IMG/VR virus record: IMGVR_UViG_3300032240_000659
Location: 32,001 to 96,000 of that record
Strand: one strand, 5' to 3'
Source: a virus
Length of the DNA: 64,000 nt
The notes below the pieces were generated by a model. It searched no databases, was not told the origin of the DNA, and worked only from the letters and a program-made list of their open reading frames with translations. The number at the start of each line of letters is the position of its first letter. Within the stretch, counting starts at the first letter, position 1. The translations under genes were made by a program, and so were the position numbers. Of the stretch, positions 20,497-28,351 are shown piece after piece.

Positions 20497-22254
20497 TTAA
20501 ACGTTATCGATTTTAACTGAAACGTTTAGCACTGCTGAGCCAAATGTCCAGTTAACTGTTGCGCCATCTGCAAACTGTGTACCAGTATTGCGTGTTACAC
20601 GGCAACGACGGTTAGTAATCTTGCTGACCCAATACGAACCACCAGCAGAGTCAACAGCGTTAATAGCCATTGTTCCACCAACTGTTGGGAAAGTTGTTAC
20701 CAGTTTAGCGTAGAAAACACCATCAGCATTTTCAACACGGAAACGTTGTGTGTTTTCTTGTTTGATAATGTCAGTGTCTTGACGAGCAACACCACCAGTT
20801 GTAGACAGTGCTACTGCTTGCATTGCGGCATAGTTACCAGTATAACCAGTTGTGACCTGTGCGGCAAATGTCATACTTGCGGCGGCACCTTGGTTGCTGT
20901 TGATTGTAACAGCTACGTTACCACTTACTACTGTGGTTGCTGTCGATGTTGCTGAAGTAACTGCTGTAGCATTACCACCTGCTGAGCCGCTTAGAACAAT
21001 TTCAGTTGCTCCGTTAACTGCAATGATGTAATATGTGCCAGCTGTTAAACTACCACCAGTACCAGTTGTAACTACTTTTAATCCTGGGACTAATTGGTCT
21101 GTTGAACTAACAGTTGCTTTGTATAAGTTAATTGTTAGACCAACGATATCACCACTTGCTGTACCGTTTGCTACTGCTGTACCGTCAATATTGGTCAATG
21201 TAAATGTACTTGTACCGTTAGTGGTTTTAACAAGATAACTCTTACCAGTTGAGTAACCAGTAATTGTAGTACCAGTGTTAGTACCAGTTAATGTCAATAC
21301 TTGACCGACATAGAATGTACCAGCACTCTGTGGAGTAGCTAACAAATAACTACCAGTAAGACTTGTTGAACTAAAACCAGAACTGGTAAATGCACTGATA
21401 GCTGTTAGTGTTGTACTTGTGATACTTGGAGTTACTGGCACTGTGTTGATGTAACCGTTACCAGTGTTAGTGTATGTGACACCGTTAACACCAAATGTTG
21501 CTGGAGTCAATGTATGACCAGTACCTGAAGTACCTGTCGGAGTTTGAGCAGAAGCTAAACCACTTGTAACACCTGATTGTTGATATGTACCACCACTTGC
21601 AACAGCAACGCTGGCTAATGTACCTGCAACTGTACCAATTGTAACTGTACCGTTACTAATAGCTGTTGAACCACCAGTGAATGTAATTGCTGTTCCAGCA
21701 AGTGCGTTAGCATAGCTAGAAGCCAATGTCACTGTTGTCGAACTTGAAGTTGTAGCGGCAACATAATATGTTGTACTAGCGGCAAGGCCTGAAGTTGTTG
21801 TAACTGAAGCACCAGTGATAAAACTTGTACCTTGAATATAACTTCCGCTTGTAACTGTTACTGCTGTACCATTAGTGTTAGTAATTGTGTTACCAGAAAT
21901 AGTAGACAATGTTGGTGTCCATGTAGATGTTACACCGCCATATGTAACTGACAAAACGTCAGTTGCCAAATATGCTTTAGTTGCTGAACCACTAACAGTA
22001 GCAGTTAAAATACTAAATGTTGGAGTACCAACTGCTGTTACACCACCTTCACTAGCCAATGCTGGAGCTGGAAATGTGAATGATGTTGCGGCAGCTTGAG
22101 CTTGAGTAAATGAACCAGCTGTGATTGAACCAATACCTAGAGCTTTTAAACCACCTAGGTCATAGTCTGTTGGCAATAAACTTGTATTACCGTATAGACC
22201 TGTGGCACCGGTATTTCTCTTACCAAAATATTTTTTATTTAAAGGACGTCCCAT
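20497..22254 (-). CDS. Putative capsid decoration/head-fibre protein (585 aa)
   Basis: First gene downstream of the major capsid gene, with its own late promoter. Basic N-terminus MGRPLNKKYFG, Thr/Gly-rich middle and a compact C-terminal domain. Confidence 0.45.
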   Translation of the reverse strand: MGRPLNKKYFGKRNTGATGLYGNTSLLPTDYDLGGLKALGIGSITAGSFTQAQAAATSFTFPAPALASEGGVTAVGTPTFSILTATVSGSATKAYLATDVLSVTYGGVTSTWTPTLSTISGNTITNTNGTAVTVTSGSYIQGTSFITGASVTTTSGLAASTTYYVAATTSSSTTVTLASSYANALAGTAITFTGGSTAISNGTVTIGTVAGTLASVAVASGGTYQQSGVTSGLASAQTPTGTSGTGHTLTPATFGVNGVTYTNTGNGYINTVPVTPSITSTTLTAISAFTSSGFSSTSLTGSYLLATPQSAGTFYVGQVLTLTGTNTGTTITGYSTGKSYLVKTTNGTSTFTLTNIDGTAVANGTASGDIVGLTINLYKATVSSTDQLVPGLKVVTTGTGGSLTAGTYYIIAVNGATEIVLSGSAGGNATAVTSATSTATTVVSGNVAVTINSNQGAAASMTFAAQVTTGYTGNYAAMQAVALSTTGGVARQDTDIIKQENTQRFRVENADGVFYAKLVTTFPTVGGTMAINAVDSAGGSYWVSKITNRRCRVTRNTGTQFADGATVNWTFGSAVLNVSVKIDNV

Positions 22255-22342
22255 TTTGTTTTCTCCTTAAGAAAAACGGCGTTCTAGGCCGTACGCGGTT
22301 GGATTTCCGCATAAAATTCACCCTATGTGAATCATTACTATG
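22255..22342 (-). promoter_or_regulatory. Structured ~85-nt leader with three hairpins
   Basis: ATTCAC-ATAGG-GTGAAT, ATGCGG-AAATCCAA-CCGCGT and ACGGC-CTAGAAC-GCCGT-TTTT, followed by SD AAGGAG. Confidence 0.5.
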
Positions 22343-22349
22343 TATTTAG
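22343..22349 (-). promoter_or_regulatory. Putative late promoter CTAAATA
   Basis: Lies just downstream of the capsid-gene terminator, in the correct orientation. Confidence 0.5.
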
Positions 22350-22358
22350 CAGATATAG

Positions 22359-22382
22359 AAAAAGGGCTCCGAAGAGCCCTTT
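22359..22382 (-). terminator. Rho-independent terminator after the major capsid gene
   Basis: Minus strand reads AAAGGGCTC-TTCG-GAGCCCTTTTT: a cUUCGg tetraloop stem plus U-tract, typical of T4-like phages. Confidence 0.85.
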
Positions 22383-22409
22383 AATTGGTTGACAACTTTT
22401 AAGGTTAGA

Positions 22410-23582
22410 TTAACTAAACTTAACGTTGGCTGCTGTGATAGCAACTTTACCTAAGTAGTCAGCGGCGTTACCTAGAGAAGACGCTGTGTTTGACAATTCA
22501 ACATAACCATAACGTGTCATGAATGATACGACTGGTTCGAATGTTGATGGGTCAAGAACAACACCACTGCTCATCAATGGAATGTATGGGCAATAGAATG
22601 CTGGTGCGTCAGACTCAGAACCACCTTTGTAACCGATTAGAACATCAGTTGAATCAGTTGCATAGCTGTTTACATAAACTTTCATTGCGTTGTTTAATGT
22701 ACCAACGAACTTGGTGTTTGTAGGAGCTTCAAATGTACCTTCTGTTGTACGAGCAAATGCGCTAGTAGTAGCAGATTGTAGAATTGTTAAAGCAAATGGA
22801 CTTACTACAGCCCAGTTACCAGCACCACGACGTGTACGTTGAGCGATCAAGTTAGCAACACGGTTGATCTGAACTGCCAATGCGGCATGCTCGTCACCAA
22901 CGAATGTAGCTGTACCAGATACAGCTGATTGGTCATAAGTTTGTACGGCTGTACCGGCTAGAGTAGCTAGACTAGCTAGGATCTCTTGGTCGATTTCAGC
23001 AGTAATTTCTTGTGCAAGAGCAGCCATGATTTCTGCTTCAACGTCAATACCTTGTTGGGCTTGTGCGTCTTGAGCAGCCTCGAATGTCCAGCGAGCTGAT
23101 AACTTACGTGTCTTAGCTTCAACTGTTTGCTTCAAGATTTGAATTGACATACGCTTACCAGCTGCACCTTCTAAGGTAGCTGTAGCGGCTGCTTTAGCTG
23201 GGCTTGCCTCATTACCTGAGTAAGCTTCAGCAATCTTGAATGGGCTTAATGCCTCTTCACCAGCAACAACGCCAGCACCACTTGATGAATCGCTGTAGCG
23301 AACACGTAGAGTGTGGATTTGTCCAACTGGACCAGTCATTGGTTGTACACCAACTAGTTCATTAGCAATGACTGTTGGCATAACGCGACGGATTACTGGT
23401 AGAATGACGCGGTTTAGTGTTGCAACGTTACCGGCAGAAGTAGCACCAGCAGTTGGAGATTCCATCAAATACTTGCGTGTATTTTCTAGTGTAACTCCCA
23501 TTACTGATTTTTTAGTGCCTTGTAAGCCTTCTAGTAGGGCTTCCTTGGTTTCTGCCCAACGTCCGTTTAATAATTCAGACAT
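22410..23582 (-). CDS. gp23: Major capsid protein, T4 gp23-like (390 aa)
   Basis: VIRRVMPTVIANELVGVQPMTGPVGQIHTLR, VEAKTRKLSARWTFEAAQD, EITAEIDQEI, FYCPYIPL and MTRYG are gp23-family motifs. Confidence 0.93.
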   Translation of the reverse strand: MSELLNGRWAETKEALLEGLQGTKKSVMGVTLENTRKYLMESPTAGATSAGNVATLNRVILPVIRRVMPTVIANELVGVQPMTGPVGQIHTLRVRYSDSSSGAGVVAGEEALSPFKIAEAYSGNEASPAKAAATATLEGAAGKRMSIQILKQTVEAKTRKLSARWTFEAAQDAQAQQGIDVEAEIMAALAQEITAEIDQEILASLATLAGTAVQTYDQSAVSGTATFVGDEHAALAVQINRVANLIAQRTRRGAGNWAVVSPFALTILQSATTSAFARTTEGTFEAPTNTKFVGTLNNAMKVYVNSYATDSTDVLIGYKGGSESDAPAFYCPYIPLMSSGVVLDPSTFEPVVSFMTRYGYVELSNTASSLGNAADYLGKVAITAANVKFS

Positions 23583-23593
23583 GTAAATTCTCC

Positions 23594-24691
23594 TTAAATT
23601 TTTAGTCCTGCGAGTTTACGTATGTCGATAATGTTACTATCGATCTCGCTACTACGGTTGTTGGAAATTTCCTTATTTCCGGTGATTTCTTTAGCCTCTA
23701 CTAGTGCCTGTTTCTTCTGCGGAGCTTTCCCACCAGATAATACTGACGGTAGATACTTTTCAAAACTTTCGTTTAGTCGAGTAGTCTTTACGCTCTCCAT
23801 TAATTCTCCCATGATTTCGCGTTGTTCCTTGTTTAAAGGAGCAAGTAACTCGTCCATGATATTTTTTCTTTCTTGGCTCTCTTTCAGAGCACGAATTTCT
23901 GCTTCTTTACTTTCTAAAATGTATTCTGCTTGTACAACGGCTTTTGCAGCCTCTTGCATTGCATGATCTTTCAAGTCTATGACTTTGAGTAATTTTGCAG
24001 TTTCGGATTTTTCGTTTAGGTAACTGGACTGATATTCAGCGGCAAATGCCTCAAATAACTTACGTCCAAAATCAGCACGGCGAGCCGCTTCGATGTCTTC
24101 TTTCAATGATGTAATCTCAGTACGTAGACCTTGACTTACAACACCTTCAACCATCTTAGCCGCACGTTGTACAAACTCTTGTTTTACCTTTTTAATTTGT
24201 TCACGTCCTTCGCGGACTAAACGTACCTTGGTTTCAGCCAAGTCTTGTTTATCTTTGTAAAACTCTGTAATTTCTTGAGCTAGAGCCTCTACTACAAAAT
24301 GTTCTAACTTGCCAAATTTACTAGCCATTGCTACTTGATCTTCGTGTAACTCTTTAACTTCAGAAGCTAGTTGACGTGTAACAAATTCCTTCATTACTCG
24401 TGCATCGGACTTCATTTTGATGGCATATTTTGCCTTCATTTCAGCTAATTGCTTACGATCATCAGCAAACTCAACAAGTTCACTAGATAATTGTTCTGAT
24501 AACATTTTGTCAACAGCTTCAATCATTGTGTTCTTGTCGTGCTCGTATTTTTGTGCGAACTCTTCGCGTAGTTGTTGAGCAACTTGTGTGCGAGCCTCGT
24601 TAATACGAGTTTCGAACGCTGCCTCAATAGACTCTTTGATCTCTTCAGAAATCACATTGTTTTCGAATAAACTTTTTAGTGCATCCAACAT
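23594..24691 (-). CDS. gp22: Prohead core scaffold protein, gp22-like (365 aa)
   Basis: Coiled-coil, E/K-rich, located between protease and capsid genes. Starts MLDALKSLFE...IEAAFE. Confidence 0.8.
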   Translation of the reverse strand: MLDALKSLFENNVISEEIKESIEAAFETRINEARTQVAQQLREEFAQKYEHDKNTMIEAVDKMLSEQLSSELVEFADDRKQLAEMKAKYAIKMKSDARVMKEFVTRQLASEVKELHEDQVAMASKFGKLEHFVVEALAQEITEFYKDKQDLAETKVRLVREGREQIKKVKQEFVQRAAKMVEGVVSQGLRTEITSLKEDIEAARRADFGRKLFEAFAAEYQSSYLNEKSETAKLLKVIDLKDHAMQEAAKAVVQAEYILESKEAEIRALKESQERKNIMDELLAPLNKEQREIMGELMESVKTTRLNESFEKYLPSVLSGGKAPQKKQALVEAKEITGNKEISNNRSSEIDSNIIDIRKLAGLKI

Positions 24692-24704
24692 ATGATTCTC
24701 CTTG

Positions 24705-25334
24705 TTATTGGAGTCGGCTTATTATACCTAATAAGCTCTCTTTGAGATATTTTTGTGCCTTGGGGTCACCTTTCACCTCTTGCGCTATACGCAAGGCATT
24801 TAATCCGCCCTTATTATTCATAAGGTGTTCATAAATTGGTGTTGGATATGCTCCAGGAGCACTAGGTTGAGCTACCATATCTACTGTGATAATCTCAAAA
24901 TCTGATACTTCACCGGATCCGTCAGCTTTGACGTTTCCGGATCCGCGACTACTAACTCCTAATTTGACTCCGCTTTCTAGCATTGTCTTGATTAGTTGTC
25001 CCATAGGGGTTGGTAAAATTTTCAGTTTACCGTAACCATTAGGACCGTCCATCCACATATTTGTTATCATGTGAGACACACGGTCCAGGTTAATTTTTAG
25101 ATCATCTGGATGATCCACTTCTCCGAGAACTGAATAGCCGTTTTGAATCTGATCGTTAAGGGTCTTAACAGCCTTGCCAATCTCATTAACAGGGTAAACA
25201 CGCTGGTTAGCGTTACGTATACCGCCCTGGATGCAAATCCCGGACATGTACAAGTTCTTACCGTCTTTGTCATCAGACTCAACGACCATTTTTGCTTCGT
25301 TGAAACTGAGATTCTCTCGGAGGTATAGTGACAT
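24705..25334 (-). CDS. gp21: Prohead protease, gp21-like (209 aa)
   Basis: NANQRVYP, LGEVDHP, TPMGQLIK, GVSSRGSG and DMVAQPSAPGAYP motifs. Confidence 0.93.
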   Translation of the reverse strand: MSLYLRENLSFNEAKMVVESDDKDGKNLYMSGICIQGGIRNANQRVYPVNEIGKAVKTLNDQIQNGYSVLGEVDHPDDLKINLDRVSHMITNMWMDGPNGYGKLKILPTPMGQLIKTMLESGVKLGVSSRGSGNVKADGSGEVSDFEIITVDMVAQPSAPGAYPTPIYEHLMNNKGGLNALRIAQEVKGDPKAQKYLKESLLGIISRLQ

Positions 25335-25355
25335 ATTATCTATGTACTCTTTTTA

Positions 25356-26243
25356 TTACTTACGAGCACGTAGGATGCTTTGGGTGTTCTTCTCACCATC
25401 ACGTGAGTTTTGACCTGTTCCTGCACCTGCGTTTTGTCCTGGGGCTGCACCTTTCTTCTCAGCACCATGACCTGGTTCTTTTTTCTTAAATGCTGTTTTA
25501 CCAGCATTTGAATCTTTACGGTTGTGGATTGTGCCCAAGCCGCTTGTTAAATCACCAGCTTTTGGATTTGCTAAACCACCTTGTGTACCTTCACCTTTAG
25601 CTACACCACCACTAACGATATTAGCAGTTGTGCCGCCCATGTCGTTCTTACCAGCTACGATTGATGTATTATTAACACCGTTGTCGCCGCCTTTGGCAAA
25701 TGTGTTGTATGTCTTGCCACCGTGTTGGTTAACATATTCCATCATCATTGATGGATCTTCTAATTCTAATTCGTCGCCGCCCATGTCGTCCATTCCGCCC
25801 ATGTCGTCCATGTCGTCACCGCCCATGTGCTCTTCGCCTTCTTCGCCAGCCATTAGCTGTTCAAATTCTGCTTTTAGGTCTTCAAGTGCATCTTCTAGAT
25901 CCATTACGCGATCTTCTAATTCACCGTCACCACCTTCTTCACCACCTTCTTCGTCGCCAAATGGGTTTTCTTCACCTTCTTCTTCTTCACCTTCTTCTTC
26001 TTCACCTTCTTCTTCTTCACCTTCTTCTTCAGGTGCGCTTTCTTCTTCCTCTTCGGATTCTTCTTCCATTGGGGCTTCAGTAGGTGGCATTTCGCCATCT
26101 TCTGCAAAGTCTGATTCTAATAATTCTTCGTAGATTTCACGAGATTTTGCTACTACGATGTTGTGAAAAATCTCTTTTGCTGCTTCTTGATCTTCATTGA
26201 TCAAAGCTTCAAGCATTGCTTCAAATTGAGCGCGGTCAGTCAT
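25356..26243 (-). CDS. Highly acidic prohead core-type protein (295 aa)
   Basis: Very Glu/Asp-rich central region and Gly/Lys-rich tail. Occupies the position of T4 gp67/gp68 between portal and protease. Confidence 0.55.
   Translation of the reverse strand: MTDRAQFEAMLEALINEDQEAAKEIFHNIVVAKSREIYEELLESDFAEDGEMPPTEAPMEEESEEEEESAPEEEGEEEEGEEEEGEEEEGEENPFGDEEGGEEGGDGELEDRVMDLEDALEDLKAEFEQLMAGEEGEEHMGGDDMDDMGGMDDMGGDELELEDPSMMMEYVNQHGGKTYNTFAKGGDNGVNNTSIVAGKNDMGGTTANIVSGGVAKGEGTQGGLANPKAGDLTSGLGTIHNRKDSNAGKTAFKKKEPGHGAEKKGAAPGQNAGAGTGQNSRDGEKNTQSILRARK
25968..26030 (-). repeat. 15-nt tandem repeat encoding (EEEEG)n
   Basis: Plus strand (ttcttcttcaccttc)n, about 4 copies. Confidence 0.85.
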
Positions 26244-26282
26244 GTTTGTTCTCCTATATGTAATGATTACAAGGCTGTATTA

Positions 26283-26289
26283 TATTTAC
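26283..26289 (-). promoter_or_regulatory. Putative late promoter GTAAATA
   Basis: Intergenic, ~40 nt upstream of the 295-aa start, with SD TAGGAG. Confidence 0.5.
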
Positions 26290-26351
26290 ACTTTAATTAC
26301 AAAAGTGGGTAGATATGCCGCAAAAACGACAGATTTTTTGCGTATTTGTGA

Positions 26352-26591
26352 TTATTGTGCTGGGGCGGGTGGTGTTGCGTACATTGAATGAATAAACTCT
26401 AATTCGTTTTCTTGTTCTAAGATGTGTGCTTCACTACTTTTTCTCAGCTCATTTAGTTGTCTTAGAGTCAATCTTGTTTTTCTTGTGTCACCTTTTTTTA
26501 CGGAGGTGACATCTCGACCCGGTGAATAGCGAAGATCATTTGCTATCTTTCTAGTATCTGGATCAATATAAAAAAGTTCTCTAAGAATCAT
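26352..26591 (-). CDS. Small head-module protein (79 aa)
   Basis: Intact ORF between portal and core genes. Contains RKTRLTLRQLNELRK. Confidence 0.7.
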   Translation of the reverse strand: MILRELFYIDPDTRKIANDLRYSPGRDVTSVKKGDTRKTRLTLRQLNELRKSSEAHILEQENELEFIHSMYATPPAPAQ

Positions 26592-26596
26592 AATGT

Positions 26597-26603
26597 TATT
26601 TAT
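26597..26603 (-). promoter_or_regulatory. Putative late promoter ATAAATA overlapping the portal stop codon
   Basis: Motif ends 5 nt before the ATG of the 79-aa gene. Confidence 0.5.
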
Positions 26604-28339
26604 GCGGCAGGTGGCGTTGCAGGGCCTGCTGGAGCAACTGGTGGTATACCGCCTTCAGCACCAGGTTCGCTAGCATTTGCAATATCTTCTGGTGCCGATA
26701 AATCTCCTGCGGCTCCTAAGTCGCCTTCAATACCGGCTGCACTTAGACCTGCACTACGTAGTTCTCCAGCGGCATCAGTATGTGTAGGCTGTCCTTTGCC
26801 GTTTTCTTCTGCCCACATGCGTTCGTTTTCTGCAATCTCGTCTTCACTTAATCCTAAGAAACGTTTTAATGCAAAACGTTTTGACATAAAAGGAACAGCT
26901 TGAATAGTATTAAATGTATTAATCCGTTCAGTATCAATAGCCGCTTGACGGCTACTTGCAAAGTTCATTGGCGGATTGAATTTTAATTCAAACAGATTAG
27001 CGTCAATATTAACGCCTCTGCTGTACATATACATTTTGAATTCTTCGTCAAATGCCGCAGTAATTAATGCTTGTAAACGTTCGCAATATTTGTTAAAACG
27101 CAGTTCTTGAATGTATGCAGTACCTACTCGACCGTCATTAAATGATGCTTGACTGTCATCTGCACCTGTTGGCAAGTAGCTACTTGGGATACGTAAACCG
27201 CGAAATAACTTGTTAGTAAAATATTTTAAGTCATCAATCTCGCCAAGATTCGTGCCTCCTGGTAATGTTTCAACTTTGCTTCCTCTTCCTTCAGCTGTTG
27301 TAGGGAAGAAATAATCTTCATTAATTGACAATGGATTGTAAGCACTATCGATAACATTTTGTCCGCCACCGCTTTGACTTGGAATTCTACGTTGGTGTAT
27401 TTCATTTTTAACCCTTTCAACAAAAGCCATAGCCATGTGGCTGGGCATATTACCTACGTCGATATGGAATACTCTGCGCTCTGGAGCACGTTGTATACGA
27501 TAGATTAAGATAGCATCTTCAAGTAATTCTTTTTGTTTATATACTTTAAAAATGTTCTCAAGCAAACTGTTACCAAATGGATAGTTGTTATCCAACCCTT
27601 CACTTAGGCTTAAATGTACTACATGTTTAGCGTCAATTGCGTGTTCAGTTTCAGTTAGTCCAAAACGGCTACCGCTACTATTAGGGTAAGAACTTGATGC
27701 ACCTCGCTGTGATCCAGCTGAACCAAATCCGCTACTAGGAATAGATCCTGCACCATTATTGCGAGGATTAACATTAGGTGTAATCATGGTAGCAACTAAA
27801 CTTGTAAAGTTAGGTGCTAGATCTTTAATTACATATTGCTCAGGCTTCTTGCCTTCGCTTTCGTTGACAATGATTTTAACAATTTTACTAGGATCAACCC
27901 ATGTCCACTTTTGTGTTTCTGGATCACGAATAAAAAAAGCATCACCGTACTTAAATGTATTACGAACAATTCTAAAAATCCTAGTGTCAAACTGATTTAG
28001 TTTAACCCATTGTTGCATGTACTCGCCTAAGATACGAATTTCACTGTTAGTGGCTTTGTTGCGCCAACTGACTGTAAAAGGACTTTTACCGTCTTTGAGT
28101 TTTTGCGTACAAAATTCTGCTAAAATATCTAAGGCTGCATTAACTTCTGGATCGCTGTCCATAACTTCGTATTGCGTATAACGTTCAATACGATTTGGGC
28201 TACCAGTGTACACATCAGGCAGATAACTTGAATAATTTGATTTTGCTGGGCCTGGGCGGTTAGCAGAATCCATACCCGATATAGTGGTTAAACCGTTAGT
28301 GCTTACAGCTACTGGTGAGAAATATTTTTTCCAAGTCAT
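26600..28339 (-). CDS. gp20: Portal vertex protein, gp20-like (579 aa)
   Basis: LLEDAILIYRIQRAPERRVFHIDVGNMP, EDYFFP, RGSKVETLPGG, DDLKYF...GLRIPSS and ELRFNKYCERLQ are gp20 motifs. Confidence 0.95.
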   Translation of the reverse strand: MTWKKYFSPVAVSTNGLTTISGMDSANRPGPAKSNYSSYLPDVYTGSPNRIERYTQYEVMDSDPEVNAALDILAEFCTQKLKDGKSPFTVSWRNKATNSEIRILGEYMQQWVKLNQFDTRIFRIVRNTFKYGDAFFIRDPETQKWTWVDPSKIVKIIVNESEGKKPEQYVIKDLAPNFTSLVATMITPNVNPRNNGAGSIPSSGFGSAGSQRGASSSYPNSSGSRFGLTETEHAIDAKHVVHLSLSEGLDNNYPFGNSLLENIFKVYKQKELLEDAILIYRIQRAPERRVFHIDVGNMPSHMAMAFVERVKNEIHQRRIPSQSGGGQNVIDSAYNPLSINEDYFFPTTAEGRGSKVETLPGGTNLGEIDDLKYFTNKLFRGLRIPSSYLPTGADDSQASFNDGRVGTAYIQELRFNKYCERLQALITAAFDEEFKMYMYSRGVNIDANLFELKFNPPMNFASSRQAAIDTERINTFNTIQAVPFMSKRFALKRFLGLSEDEIAENERMWAEENGKGQPTHTDAAGELRSAGLSAAGIEGDLGAAGDLSAPEDIANASEPGAEGGIPPVAPAGPATPPAA

Positions 28340-28351
28340 TTAAATTTGTCC

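Noticed and set aside
1051-22349. Numerous 60-165 aa plus-strand ORFs antisense to the fibre genes
   Set aside because: These are shadow ORFs. Thr/Gly/Ala/Val codon bias and repeats deplete antisense stops. They have no SD or promoter and mirror the sense repeats.
25522-26133. 203-aa Ser/Pro-rich and 111-aa His/Leu-rich plus-strand ORFs
   Set aside because: Antisense read-through of the GAA-rich acidic repeat.
26319-26342. cgcaaaaa/tttttgcg inverted repeat after the 79-aa gene
   Set aside because: A/U-rich weak stem with no U-tract on the coding strand; insufficient support as a terminator.
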